Positions 9,852-19,627 of a DNA stretch of 64,000 nt are shown here, piece by piece (within the stretch, counting starts at the first letter, position 1; each line of letters begins with the position of its first letter). The DNA comes from a virus. The translations under genes were made by a program, and so were the position numbers. The stretch spans positions 8,172-72,171 of IMG/VR virus record IMGVR_UViG_3300009182_000050. One strand, written 5' to 3'. Below the pieces are notes generated by a model. It was given only the letters and a program-made list of their open reading frames with translations. It did no database searches and was not told the origin of the DNA.

Positions 9852-10634
9852 ATGAGTGACATTCAGCGTTCATTAACAGTTATGGTCTACGGTGAATCAA
9901 AGGTTGGAAAGTCCACCTTTGCAGTTACCTCCCCATATCCACGTCTTATGCTTGATGTTGAGGGTGGACATCGTTTCCTCCCAATCGTCGTCAAGTACTG
10001 GGACCCACTACGCGAAGAACCACCTGTCGCAGATGGAACTTGGGACACTTGTGTCGTCCAGGTTCGTAACTATGATGATGTCATAAAGGCATACCAGTGG
10101 CTTCAGAGCGGTAAGCACCAGTTCAAGAGTTTGATTATTGATTCAATCTCAGAACTACAAGTTAAGTGTATGGATTCAATTGCTGGCAGCGAGCAGATGA
10201 AAATGCAACAATGGGGCGAACTACTTCGTCATATGGGTGCACTTCTTCGCGACTTGCGTGACCTCACAATGCACGCAACGAATCCACTAGAAGCAGTAGT
10301 CCTAACTGCAATGGCTCGTACCGGGCAGGATGGTCGCTACCGTCCTTACCTACAGGGTCAACTTGCAATTCAGGCTCCATACTTCTACGATATTCTCGGT
10401 GGTATTACCATTGAGGAAATGCCAAATCCTGACCCAATGCAACCTCCATACAAAGTTCGTAAGATGTATGTAGAACGCACTGCTCAGTATGAGGCAGGAG
10501 AACGAGTCCAAGGTCGCCTTGGAGCAATTGTTCAACAAGAAAATCTATCCATTGAGCGGATGTTAGACATCATCTTTGGAGAGAAACAATCTGTAGCGAC
10601 CGCTACCAAAACGACAAATAAGAAAGAAGGTTAA
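9852..10634 (+). CDS. AAA_24 (Sak4-like) ATPase / recombination protein
   Basis: YGESKVGKST Walker A, LDVEGG, IIDSISE; sits between exonuclease and SSB. Confidence 0.85.
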   Translation: MSDIQRSLTVMVYGESKVGKSTFAVTSPYPRLMLDVEGGHRFLPIVVKYWDPLREEPPVADGTWDTCVVQVRNYDDVIKAYQWLQSGKHQFKSLIIDSISELQVKCMDSIAGSEQMKMQQWGELLRHMGALLRDLRDLTMHATNPLEAVVLTAMARTGQDGRYRPYLQGQLAIQAPYFYDILGGITIEEMPNPDPMQPPYKVRKMYVERTAQYEAGERVQGRLGAIVQQENLSIERMLDIIFGEKQSVATATKTTNKKEG

Positions 10635-10637
10635 GGT

Positions 10638-11168
10638 ATGAGTACCTTAAACTGGGCTGACCTCATCAAAGAGGCTGGCGAAACTGCATCATACGAACCA
10701 CTACCAGATGGTGATTACGACTTGGTAGTACTAGAGGGAGTCGCTAAGCAGACTCAATCAGGAAAAACCATGTTCTCAGTTAAGTCTGAAGTACAAGGTG
10801 GTCCTCACAACAAGCGTCTCATTTGGGATAACTTGGTTGTAAGTCCAGATAACCCAACAGCCTTGGGTATCTTCCTATCAAAGATGTCTGCTCTTGGTCT
10901 TGGCCGTGAGTTCTTTGAACAGGGTCCAAGCAACGCACAGATTGAGGCCGCTCTTCGTGGTCGCGCTTTCCGTGCACAGGTTGGTAGTCGTGTTTACCAA
11001 GGCACAAAGCGTAACGAACTAAAGCGTTACTACTCTGCTGCTTCTGCACAGACTGCTACCATTGCTGCTCCTGCTCCTGCAGTTGCTGCGCCAGCACCGG
11101 CTCCTGCACCTGCACCTGCCCCAGCACCGGCTCCTGCACCTGCTGCAGCACCTGCTGCTCCTTTCTAA
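10638..11168 (+). CDS. DUF669-type single-stranded DNA-binding protein
   Basis: YEPLPDGDY, SGKTM, LIWDNL; Pro/Ala-rich tail ending APF. Confidence 0.75.
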   Translation: MSTLNWADLIKEAGETASYEPLPDGDYDLVVLEGVAKQTQSGKTMFSVKSEVQGGPHNKRLIWDNLVVSPDNPTALGIFLSKMSALGLGREFFEQGPSNAQIEAALRGRAFRAQVGSRVYQGTKRNELKRYYSAASAQTATIAAPAPAVAAPAPAPAPAPAPAPAPAPAAAPAAPF

Positions 11169-11181
11169 GTCTTTGGCTTAG

Positions 11182-11222
11182 TGAGATTGCCTTCCAGCGA
11201 AAGTTGGAAGGCTTTCTCATTA
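11182..11222 (+). terminator. Hairpin after SSB gene (putative intrinsic terminator)
   Basis: gccttccagc-gaaa-gttggaaggc stem followed by T-rich sequence. Confidence 0.55.
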
Positions 11223-11257
11223 GTCCACAAATAGTAGAAAGCAAATAGGTTGAAATT

Positions 11258-12283
11258 GTGAAAGTATTACTAACCGGTTGCAGTGCTCCACAATCTTCTC
11301 ATTCATTAAATGGAAGATTGCCAACATTTTCTGGACTAATTAGAAATGCTCTTAGTTATGCTGGGCACGATATTACTTGGGAACATCCATCAATATCTAT
11401 GACTGAAGAGTTTCTAAGCCAGTTTGATGTAGTTATTGTAGGACTTAGTTCTCCAACTAGTATGTCAGCTTACAGACTTTATGGTGCTTTATCAGTAATT
11501 GAAAGGGCTAGAAAAGTTACTAATGTTCGCTATTTAATTGATGCTCCGGAGCCTCACAAACTTTGGGCAGGTATTAGAGCATTAGTTAATAGTCCAGAAG
11601 ATTTGATAAAAGACTTCTACTCAAAACGACCAGAGTATCAACAGGTTAGTGAGTCTAAAGAATTTTCTAGACTTCACTCTGTATTAGTTGATTTATATGA
11701 AAATTCTTGGGAGCGTACTATTGTTCCTGCTTTTCCTTGGTCTACTAAAACTCATATTACAGAATATATACCTAATATTCTTGAAGATTCTATTGAACTT
11801 GTGTGCTTAGATTCTGTTTTATTGACTGCTATTCCAGATGGTTTATATATGAAAAGTGAAGCAGATTATTGGACTGTCAATCAAGAAACACCGTGGACAA
11901 AAAAACTGCAAAAAACATTAATAAATAATGTTGAGCCTATGAATGATTCTAAATGGAATAATAACTCTGCTGTACTAGTGAAACTTAACAAATCAATTGG
12001 TTCAATTATTACAACTTATAAAAATGGTGACCCTTGGTGGTCAGTAAATCTATCTCAGTCTTTGTTTGTTAATACCCCTGTAGTGACTGACTGGAGACAT
12101 ACCGCTTACTTAGGGGAGTCTTGGTCTATTCTTGCTCATCAAATTGAAGAACTGTCTATGAATGAAAGAGCATCTCTTGCTATAAATCAAAGAGAACAGT
12201 ATGTAAAATCAATACCTAATTTTTCGGACTCAATAACTGGGGTTTTGTCTGCTGTATTTAATGACTCTTATAGTAAAATTTAA
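11258..12283 (+). CDS. GT-B fold glycosyltransferase-like protein
   Basis: MKVLLTG...ALSYAGHDITW...FDVVIVG...PVVTDW pattern; resembles (from memory) glycosyltransferases in actinophage replication modules. Confidence 0.55.
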   Translation: MKVLLTGCSAPQSSHSLNGRLPTFSGLIRNALSYAGHDITWEHPSISMTEEFLSQFDVVIVGLSSPTSMSAYRLYGALSVIERARKVTNVRYLIDAPEPHKLWAGIRALVNSPEDLIKDFYSKRPEYQQVSESKEFSRLHSVLVDLYENSWERTIVPAFPWSTKTHITEYIPNILEDSIELVCLDSVLLTAIPDGLYMKSEADYWTVNQETPWTKKLQKTLINNVEPMNDSKWNNNSAVLVKLNKSIGSIITTYKNGDPWWSVNLSQSLFVNTPVVTDWRHTAYLGESWSILAHQIEELSMNERASLAINQREQYVKSIPNFSDSITGVLSAVFNDSYSKI

Positions 12284-12288
12284 CTAGA

Positions 12289-12729
12289 TTGGATGTACTA
12301 AAAATGAAAAATATAGATATGACTTGGGTTAGGTCTCAACTAGAAAATGCTAAAGTTTCTATCCCTGTTGGTGAATCAGTTCTAGAACTAATTGATACTT
12401 GGGCTAAAACAGAACATGCAGATAGTAGTAGTGACCAAGTCCTAGAGCTATTTTCTAAACTTTGCAAATCAAATTCATTAGTTAGTACTCCAGAAAACGA
12501 AGTATGGCAACCAGCAGGTCCGGGCTTTATCCGTGTAGGAGATGAAGTACGAGTTATGTCTGATGCTTTTGAAGGAGACCTTGGTCAAATACATAATGGT
12601 CGTCGTGGTCGTGTAGTTGCTGTTCGCTATGGTGACATTATTATTAAAACAACAGATGGAAAAGAACCAGTTCTTGATGGGTCACATTATTCTCCATATA
12701 AGTTAGAAAAACTGGTTACAGTACTATGA
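12289..12729 (+). CDS. Hypothetical protein with SH3/KOW-like C-terminus
   Basis: IRVGDEVRV...HNGRRGRVVAVRYG; likely start at ATG 12304. Confidence 0.55.
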   Translation: MDVLKMKNIDMTWVRSQLENAKVSIPVGESVLELIDTWAKTEHADSSSDQVLELFSKLCKSNSLVSTPENEVWQPAGPGFIRVGDEVRVMSDAFEGDLGQIHNGRRGRVVAVRYGDIIIKTTDGKEPVLDGSHYSPYKLEKLVTVL

Positions 12730-12941
12730 GTACCATAGTTACTGCTCGTTTTATTGTTTATGGTGATACATATGATGAGTTGGTAACTGCTTCTGAAGAC
12801 CGTCTTTCAGAATTTTTTGAAGTTAATCTTGCAGATATTAAAAAAACTTTTAACTACGAACTTGTAGTTACAGAAAATGAAAATATGAGTAGTGAATATA
12901 GCTACGAAGCGACTGTAGTAGTAAGGAAACGAGATGTCTGA
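12726..12941 (+). CDS. Hypothetical protein
   Basis: ATGA overlap with upstream gene. Confidence 0.55.
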   Translation: MSTIVTARFIVYGDTYDELVTASEDRLSEFFEVNLADIKKTFNYELVVTENENMSSEYSYEATVVVRKRDV

Positions 12942-13260
12942 AGAAGTAAATGTTGAGCAAGATGTAACTCCTCGTGTTGCCGCTCTTAGAGAAGCAGCCA
13001 GAATTATTTCTGGAGAGCGTAATAAACAGTATGGTGGTCCTGAAGAAAACTTCACTCGTACTGCTCAAATTTGGACAGCAATTATTGGATATGAATTTAC
13101 TGCTGAAGATGTGGCAATGATGATGGTTGGTCTAAAAGTTGCTCGTTATGCTTCTAAGTCTGGATTTCAACCAGATACTTGGATTGACATTGCAGGATAT
13201 GCAGGTTGCGGTTATGAAGTTGGTAGTGTAGAAATGACTAAGCAAGATACCAACAAATAA
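12934..13260 (+). CDS. DUF6378-family protein
   Basis: GERNKQYGGPEENFTRTAQIW...VAMMMVGLKVAR...DTWIDIAGYA. Confidence 0.8.
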   Translation: MSEEVNVEQDVTPRVAALREAARIISGERNKQYGGPEENFTRTAQIWTAIIGYEFTAEDVAMMMVGLKVARYASKSGFQPDTWIDIAGYAGCGYEVGSVEMTKQDTNK

Positions 13261-13270
13261 AGGAATAACT

Positions 13271-13570
13271 TTGAGCAATGGACTACAAGAGCCTTGGACA
13301 TTTGAGCAACCTGTTTGTAGAGAAGTTGGTGGTGAAGCATTTTATGCTGGTGATGAAGATGACCCTCAATCACTAGACACTAATATCTTAAATAATCAAC
13401 TAGCCAAAAAAATATGTCAGACATGTAGTCATATTGTTGAGTGTGCTGAGTGGGGTATTCATCACGAAAGATACGGTATATGGGGTGGATTATCGCCTCA
13501 CGAAATTGTTACTATAAGAAGAAAAAGAAACATAATTATGAAAACCGTAACTCTTCCTAGAGTCCTGTAG
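13271..13570 (+). CDS. whiB: WhiB-family transcription factor
   Basis: C...AKKICQTCSHIVECAEWG...GIWGGLS; four Cys. Confidence 0.9.
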   Translation: MSNGLQEPWTFEQPVCREVGGEAFYAGDEDDPQSLDTNILNNQLAKKICQTCSHIVECAEWGIHHERYGIWGGLSPHEIVTIRRKRNIIMKTVTLPRVL

Positions 13571-13606
13571 AATCTAAATAACATTTAACATACAGGAGGT
13601 CTAGAA

Positions 13607-13918
13607 ATGGCCGCAAAAGAAGTTGCTAGACCTATGCCTGTCTGTGAAAACTGCTTTCTTGAAGAACATACTAAATGGGAGCCAGATAGTATGGATGAAG
13701 AAGGTAATGTTTTAATGAGGCTTACTGGTGTTGATACACCTCTAAGAGCAACCCCTGAATCAGTTGAAACTTGCTCATTATGCGGTGCAATAACTGTAGC
13801 TGGAATTTATGAAATGTTTAAGCCATCAGAAATATATTTTGATGAGAATTCTCAATTAGAAAATAAATTTGAAATGCCTCTAAATGAATTTTATGGTGAC
13901 TCTGATGAAGGATTCTAG
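13607..13918 (+). CDS. Hypothetical zinc-binding protein
   Basis: AGGAGG RBS; CENC and CSLC motifs. Confidence 0.6.
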   Translation: MAAKEVARPMPVCENCFLEEHTKWEPDSMDEEGNVLMRLTGVDTPLRATPESVETCSLCGAITVAGIYEMFKPSEIYFDENSQLENKFEMPLNEFYGDSDEGF

Positions 13919-14240
13919 AGTTGGTGAATCCCTATGGAACGAATGGGATGGAGATGGCTATACTAATACACTTGTTTCTGGAACAGTTTTCTACACTATT
14001 GAACATATTTCAATTGAGAATGAGTTAGTTCGTAGAGCTCTTGCCTCTAATCTACAAAGAGATGGGGTAGCAGATTCTCTTGGAGATGGTTTTAGAATCC
14101 TTGAAAATGCTGTAATTAGTCAAGGTTGGGCTGGTTATGTTGATTCAGATAATGAGATATCTTCTTGTAGTGAAGTTGGACTTACTGAGTATGGTGACAT
14201 TGTTGACCAAGTTTTTCCAGTAACTTGGGTTGAATTTTAG
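13884..14240 (+). CDS. Hypothetical acidic protein
   Basis: ORF in operon; likely start at MKDSR. Confidence 0.55.
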   Translation: MNFMVTLMKDSRVGESLWNEWDGDGYTNTLVSGTVFYTIEHISIENELVRRALASNLQRDGVADSLGDGFRILENAVISQGWAGYVDSDNEISSCSEVGLTEYGDIVDQVFPVTWVEF

Positions 14241-14300
14241 AAATAATATAGGTGTGTTTTTCACCCTATTTTTATACATCTTTCCTGTAGAATTTATATT

Positions 14301-14792
14301 ATGTGGAAACCTGCTGATAATTTAAGATGGCAAAAGGATGCTAAATGCGCCGACCCATCTAATAAAAAATCACTTGTATGGTTTTACTCTAAAGATTCTG
14401 TAGAAAAAAATAATGCAAAAAATATGTGCTTCTCTTGTCCTGTCCGTAAAACCTGTCTACAGTGGGCTCTAGAGCACAGAGAGATTTGGGGTATCTGGGG
14501 AGGCAAAGATGAGATTGAACTTCGTAGGGCTTTGTCTGTGGCTTACAATGGTGAAGAAACTCGTCGTAATCGTCCACCAAACTGCCCATACTGCACTGCT
14601 CGTCCTAGCAAGTTAGCAACTTCAATTGAAAAACTTCCGCCCGGTGGACGCTGGACTCGTGCAAAAGTAGTTACTTGTACAGAGTGTGGATTTGCTTGGC
14701 GTAGTCGCTCAAGTGCAAATGCTGTTGAAGCATATAAAGAAGAAAAAGAAAAACGAAAAAGACTTAAGAAGTCAGCTACTAAGGCTGAATAA
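14301..14792 (+). CDS. whiB: WhiB-family protein with C-terminal zinc ribbon
   Basis: WQKDAKC...AKNMCFSCPVRKTCLQWAL...GIWGG followed by CPYC...CTECG. Confidence 0.88.
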   Translation: MWKPADNLRWQKDAKCADPSNKKSLVWFYSKDSVEKNNAKNMCFSCPVRKTCLQWALEHREIWGIWGGKDEIELRRALSVAYNGEETRRNRPPNCPYCTARPSKLATSIEKLPPGGRWTRAKVVTCTECGFAWRSRSSANAVEAYKEEKEKRKRLKKSATKAE

Positions 14793-15984
14793 TACTAATA
14801 TCTCTTCTTGGATTAAATCCTTCTCCGACTGTAAATGTGAGTAGACCAGGTTGACTTTCTAATCCTGCTCTATCACGCCACCAAGGACTGCCGTTATCAG
14901 TAGTCGGAGCCTGAAGCCATAGGCGAGAACCAATATCAAGTGCTTTGAAGTGATGATAGTGACCTGATACCCAGAGGTCTGCTTGACCTAGTGCTGTCTG
15001 ACCTGCTGCTTGACCTGATAAATACTTAACAACATCTTTACCGCATTGATGTCCGTGAAATAAACCTACAAGAGTTCCGCAGATATTTACTGTAAGAGTC
15101 TGATGGTCTTTTTCTGGATAGCGAAACTTAATATGAGATAGAGCGTCATTCTCAGCGCAAGCATCTTGAACGGCTGATGCAATCTCTACATTCCAACCGT
15201 CTGATGGGTCTGCTACAACTTGTCGTGTAACTTCATCGTGATTACCATTTACGACTGCAATAATCATTTCTTCACAATGCGGTGCAAAAGTTTTAATTTG
15301 TTGCATCAAAAGACGACGAGCAACACGAGTCTGCTCTGTTTGTCCAAGGTCTGATGCTGCAGGACTTTGAAGACGACCATTTTGAGAAGTGTTACCTTCC
15401 ACATGGTCTCCAGCGAGAAGAATAGAAACCGTTCCTAGACTACGACCAATCTTTTGTAGTTCTTTGTATCGCTGAAACGCTCCATCAGTAACACTTAAAA
15501 TTTTCTGAATTGAATCTTCAGTTCCTAAACCATTGGCTTTTTTACCAATCTGTTGGTCTGATGGAACAATTACAAATGCACCGTCTCCAGTTGCTTGCTT
15601 AGAACCTTTAGTTGGTTTCCATTTTTTAATTTCATCTACAAGTTGCTCTAAATCAAAATCAGGTCCATCAATCAAATCTGCTGGAACAACTGAAACCTTA
15701 TAAGCTTCTAGCCAATCTTGATTAAATGTCTGCCACTTACTTTGACGCACACTTGTTACACGCCAAGCCTTTGGGTCTAAGCCAAAGTCTTTAAGAATTT
15801 CGTCTGCATCGGCTGAGTTACCAGCAGGACGAGGAGTACTGACAACAAAGCCACCAATATTGTGGTCAATATCCATACGCGCTCTCCACGCTTCTGGGGT
15901 TTCATTTGAGCGTCTATCAGAGCCTGTCTGACCAGGAGATGCTAATTCTTCTAAAACTTTTTTTGAAAAACTCTCTGACATCAC
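14779..15984 (-). CDS. Calcineurin-like metallophosphoesterase (Mre11-like)
   Basis: SDQQIGK, GDHVEG, GNHDE, HGH, GHYHH motifs. Confidence 0.85.
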   Translation of the reverse strand: MMSESFSKKVLEELASPGQTGSDRRSNETPEAWRARMDIDHNIGGFVVSTPRPAGNSADADEILKDFGLDPKAWRVTSVRQSKWQTFNQDWLEAYKVSVVPADLIDGPDFDLEQLVDEIKKWKPTKGSKQATGDGAFVIVPSDQQIGKKANGLGTEDSIQKILSVTDGAFQRYKELQKIGRSLGTVSILLAGDHVEGNTSQNGRLQSPAASDLGQTEQTRVARRLLMQQIKTFAPHCEEMIIAVVNGNHDEVTRQVVADPSDGWNVEIASAVQDACAENDALSHIKFRYPEKDHQTLTVNICGTLVGLFHGHQCGKDVVKYLSGQAAGQTALGQADLWVSGHYHHFKALDIGSRLWLQAPTTDNGSPWWRDRAGLESQPGLLTFTVGEGFNPRRDISIIQP

Positions 15985-16286
15985 TGATTACCTAATGCTT
16001 CTATACGAGCATTAATTCCTGTGAAGCACCGGCATTGCTTACGACGATGAAGTGCTAAAGAAGATTGAGCAATGTCATATCCTTCTGATATGAGTAATTC
16101 TTGTATTTGACGATTTGAGAATCTTTTCACTTTATCACTTTGTGGAAAAAGAATAAGTTCTAATGTATTTTTATCGTCTTTATCCATAACGGACATTACT
16201 TTTGAAACACCGCAAGGCAATCCAAATTGGGGTGCGCTAAGTTCTGATACTTTTTGTGCCAGTTTTCCCATATTCAGTCCTTCCAT
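15981..16286 (-). CDS. Hypothetical HTH-like protein with HRRxxCxC tail
   Basis: CGV...SLALHRRKQCRC; overlaps the phosphoesterase start. Confidence 0.65.
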   Translation of the reverse strand: MEGLNMGKLAQKVSELSAPQFGLPCGVSKVMSVMDKDDKNTLELILFPQSDKVKRFSNRQIQELLISEGYDIAQSSLALHRRKQCRCFTGINARIEALGNQ

Positions 16287-16397
16287 AAAACAAGTCTTGT
16301 GACTAGTTATGTAAGAACTTTAGCAGAAATATAGTTAAAAATAATGACTATGTTATGGGCGTGTCTAAATATTATAAATATAAAAACTGCTAGAAAA

Positions 16398-16709
16398 CTA
16401 TGCTTGTTTTCTTGTTCTAGTTCGCTTTATTGCGACTGGTTTAGTTAACTCTTGAGCCACTGCTGTAGCCTCTGAGTGAGAGAGTAGGTGGTCTGTCATC
16501 GCTTGTCGAACTTCTCTAACATCTTTGTGGACATCTTCTAAGTGAGCCGTAAGGTGTTTTAGACTACCCTGCACACTGCCAGCAAAGCCATTACTTATTG
16601 GTCTAGTATTCTTTTCTGCACGAGAGGCTTTAACCAATCCATAGGCTGAGACACCAGCAGCTAGAACAGAACCTAAAGCAGCAATCAGTGCTACTGAAGC
16701 ATCAGACAT
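16398..16709 (-). CDS. Small membrane protein with coiled coil
   Basis: N-terminal hydrophobic helix, then PISNG and heptad-like segment. Confidence 0.55.
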   Translation of the reverse strand: MSDASVALIAALGSVLAAGVSAYGLVKASRAEKNTRPISNGFAGSVQGSLKHLTAHLEDVHKDVREVRQAMTDHLLSHSEATAVAQELTKPVAIKRTRTRKQA

Positions 16710-16903
16710 GATTACTCCTGATAAGATACAAAAGTGTATTAAGCAATGTCTTAACTATACCATAGATGACCTAAATACCTTTAGTATTGACTTTGGCTCC
16801 CTCTGGTGTATAGTCTTCATACAAGCCAAATTCACCAAATTTTCAAATTCTTTTTCCGAAGGGGTAATGATGCAAGCGACGGTAAAAAGACTAAGTATTA
16901 TTA

Positions 16904-19567
16904 ATGAAGGTGTCTGTGAGTAAGCACGAAAAAGCAAATCTTGATGGTAGATTTGAAAAAGCGACATCTTGGTATGCCTCACAGGGGTGGAAGATTCTCC
17001 CTTGCTACGGCATTGTTGGTGGTCGTTGTACTTGTAATGGTTCTCACGCTGAGCCAAAAGATATTGGAAAGCACCCAGCAATTAATGGCTGGCACACAGA
17101 AGCATCAAGCGATTTACTAGAAATTCAGCGTTGGTGGGAACGTGACTCAGAAGCAAATATTGGTGTCTTCTGTCGTCCATCAGGATTTTTTGTAATTGAT
17201 ATTGACCCTCGCTCCGGTGGTCACGATGCATTTGAAGAGTTTGAAAAACTAGTTGAGGGTGCTCTTCCTCCAACGGTTGAAGCATTGACCGGTGAGTACA
17301 CACTTGCTGGTAAAACAATGCGTGGTCGTCATATTTTTTATCGTTGCGACCCTTCAGAAGACCTTGTTGGGAATCTAAAAGCTGCTGGTATCAAGGGAAT
17401 TGATATTAAGCACAATGGTTATGTTCTTATTGCTCCATCGCGTCACTTTTCTGGTGAAAACTATGAATGGGTGAATGGCAAAGCTCCTTGGGAAACTGAG
17501 ATGGCTGATGCTCCAGAAGAACTTCTTGCATTTCTTCGTAAGAGGACTCGTCGTTCTGCATCAACAAGTACAACTCTTGGAACTATGGACTGGAGTGCTG
17601 CCTTTGATGGTGTTGACTTTGGTGCAAATAAAGCAGAGATTGAAAAACTTCTTGATGAAGGTATTGATGAAGGTTCTCGCGCTGTTGATATTTATCGCCT
17701 TACCTGTTCACTTGCTAATCAATATCCAGTAGACAAAGAACACGGTCGTCAGGCTCTTGAGACTTTGATGATTCGTTTTAATGCTGAGAAGGTTCGTCCA
17801 CCTCTTGAACTTGAAGGAACAAACGGTCTTCTTCACCATGTTCGTCGTGCAATTAAGTATGTTGCAGAAAATCCAAAGTCTGAATTTTTATGGCCTGGCA
17901 TCTCTGACAAAGAAACTGGATGGGCTAAAAAATCTACAGAAGAGACTGCTGAAAAGTTTAGGTCAACTACTACTCCTATTCAGCCAATTCTTGGTGTTGC
18001 TTATCCAAAAAATATTGATGCTCTTCCAGGAACTATGGCTGGTGCTATCTCAAAAAGTATTCACGAGGGTGAGTCAATTGCTGAAGCATCATCACTATCT
18101 AATCTCAATGTGCCTAAAGACCCTGATGCAATTCTTGAAGAAGATGGTGGGGAAGTTGGTAAGCGTACTCTTTCTGATACAGGTAATGGTCGTCGCTTTG
18201 TAGATACTTTTGGTGAAGCGATTCGCTATTCAGAAGGTCTTGGATTTTTTCACTGGTCTGGTGGATATTGGAAGCCCGACATTGAAGGCTTAGAAATGCA
18301 GGAACTTGCAAAGCATCTTGCACCGGTTATCGCTAGTGAAGTAGTTCACTATGAAGGTGATACTGATAAGCAGTCTGAAGTAATCAAATGGGCGCAACTT
18401 TCAAAATCAAATGCTCGTATCAAGTCAGCAATTGATAACGCAAATTCTGACCGTCGTATTCGTGTTGAAGTTTCTAAGTGGGATTCTGAGCCACATATGC
18501 TTGGTGTACTTAATGGTGTAGTTGATTTGCGTACTGGTGAACTTCTTAAGAATCGTCCAGACCTCTACATCACACGTCGTGCACCTGTTGCTTATACACC
18601 GGGACTTAGTAATGTTCGTTGGCAACAATTCTTAGACTTTGCTACAGGTGGAGATAAAGAATATCAAGATTGGCTACAAAGAGCAGCAGGATATTCACTT
18701 ACTGGTTTGAGTAAGTATGACTTGATGTTTCTTGTATATGGTCCTGCAGGTTCTGGTAAAAATACATTTGTTGAAGCAATTGTTAAATGTCTTGGTACTC
18801 AGCAATACGCTTGGCCATTTGACTCAAGTATTCTTGCAAGTGGTGATGGAAACGCTAACGGCTCTGATATGTATCACTGGGCTGAACTTCGTGGTCGTCG
18901 TCTTGTTTGGGTTGATGAACTTCCAGACTCAGAGCGTCTAAAAGAAAACTCAGTTAAAAAGTTAACTGGTTCATCTGAAATTTCTGCTCGTTCTCCCGGT
19001 GAGCGTCCATTTACATTTGCCTCACAAGCAAAACTTTGGATTTCTACTAACCACCGTCCAATTATTACTGACGATGCAATGTGGCGACGTATTCGTCCAA
19101 TTCCATTTACATTTGTACCTGAGAATCCTGACCCAGACTTAAAAGAATATATCTTTGACCCAGAAGGTGCGCTTCCTGCTGTACTTTCTTGGGCAGTTGA
19201 GGGTGCTATCAAGATGCTGAACTCTAGCTCTCGTGATGCTCTTGGTTGGTGTTCTGTAGTTTCTGAAGCTGCTGAAATTTACCGAAAGACAGAAGACCGT
19301 ATTGGTATTTTCTTAGATGAAGAAACTATTGAGAATGAGGGTGCAACTACCCCTATTAAATCTTTGTACAGTATTTATCGTATTTGGGCTGAAGAACGTG
19401 GCGAAAAGCCTATGAGTCAGACTGCTTTCCAGCGCAAAATGCACGAAAGAAATGTTAATATTGTTGGTATGGGGTCTCAGGCTATTATACACGGCAGGTC
19501 ACTTAAACCTCGTACAGTTGTTACTGGAGAAATTGACTGGGGAGCAGCAACTAGATTTGCTAGATAG
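16904..19567 (+). CDS. Bifunctional primase-polymerase fused to D5/P4-type SF3 helicase
   Basis: GKHP, NIG, DIDPRSGG, GRHIFY, GYVLIAPS (Prim-Pol); GPAGSGKNT Walker A, KKLTG, STNHRP. Confidence 0.92.
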   Translation: MKVSVSKHEKANLDGRFEKATSWYASQGWKILPCYGIVGGRCTCNGSHAEPKDIGKHPAINGWHTEASSDLLEIQRWWERDSEANIGVFCRPSGFFVIDIDPRSGGHDAFEEFEKLVEGALPPTVEALTGEYTLAGKTMRGRHIFYRCDPSEDLVGNLKAAGIKGIDIKHNGYVLIAPSRHFSGENYEWVNGKAPWETEMADAPEELLAFLRKRTRRSASTSTTLGTMDWSAAFDGVDFGANKAEIEKLLDEGIDEGSRAVDIYRLTCSLANQYPVDKEHGRQALETLMIRFNAEKVRPPLELEGTNGLLHHVRRAIKYVAENPKSEFLWPGISDKETGWAKKSTEETAEKFRSTTTPIQPILGVAYPKNIDALPGTMAGAISKSIHEGESIAEASSLSNLNVPKDPDAILEEDGGEVGKRTLSDTGNGRRFVDTFGEAIRYSEGLGFFHWSGGYWKPDIEGLEMQELAKHLAPVIASEVVHYEGDTDKQSEVIKWAQLSKSNARIKSAIDNANSDRRIRVEVSKWDSEPHMLGVLNGVVDLRTGELLKNRPDLYITRRAPVAYTPGLSNVRWQQFLDFATGGDKEYQDWLQRAAGYSLTGLSKYDLMFLVYGPAGSGKNTFVEAIVKCLGTQQYAWPFDSSILASGDGNANGSDMYHWAELRGRRLVWVDELPDSERLKENSVKKLTGSSEISARSPGERPFTFASQAKLWISTNHRPIITDDAMWRRIRPIPFTFVPENPDPDLKEYIFDPEGALPAVLSWAVEGAIKMLNSSSRDALGWCSVVSEAAEIYRKTEDRIGIFLDEETIENEGATTPIKSLYSIYRIWAEERGEKPMSQTAFQRKMHERNVNIVGMGSQAIIHGRSLKPRTVVTGEIDWGAATRFAR

Positions 19568-19627
19568 GGTTTTCTAGAATCAGGTAAAATAGAAAGCAGT
19601 ATCTTTCTATTCACTAAAGGATTAAAA

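Noticed and set aside
11062-11165. GCACCT/GCTCCT tandem repeats
   Set aside because: Encode the Pro/Ala tail of the SSB; ordinary low-complexity linker
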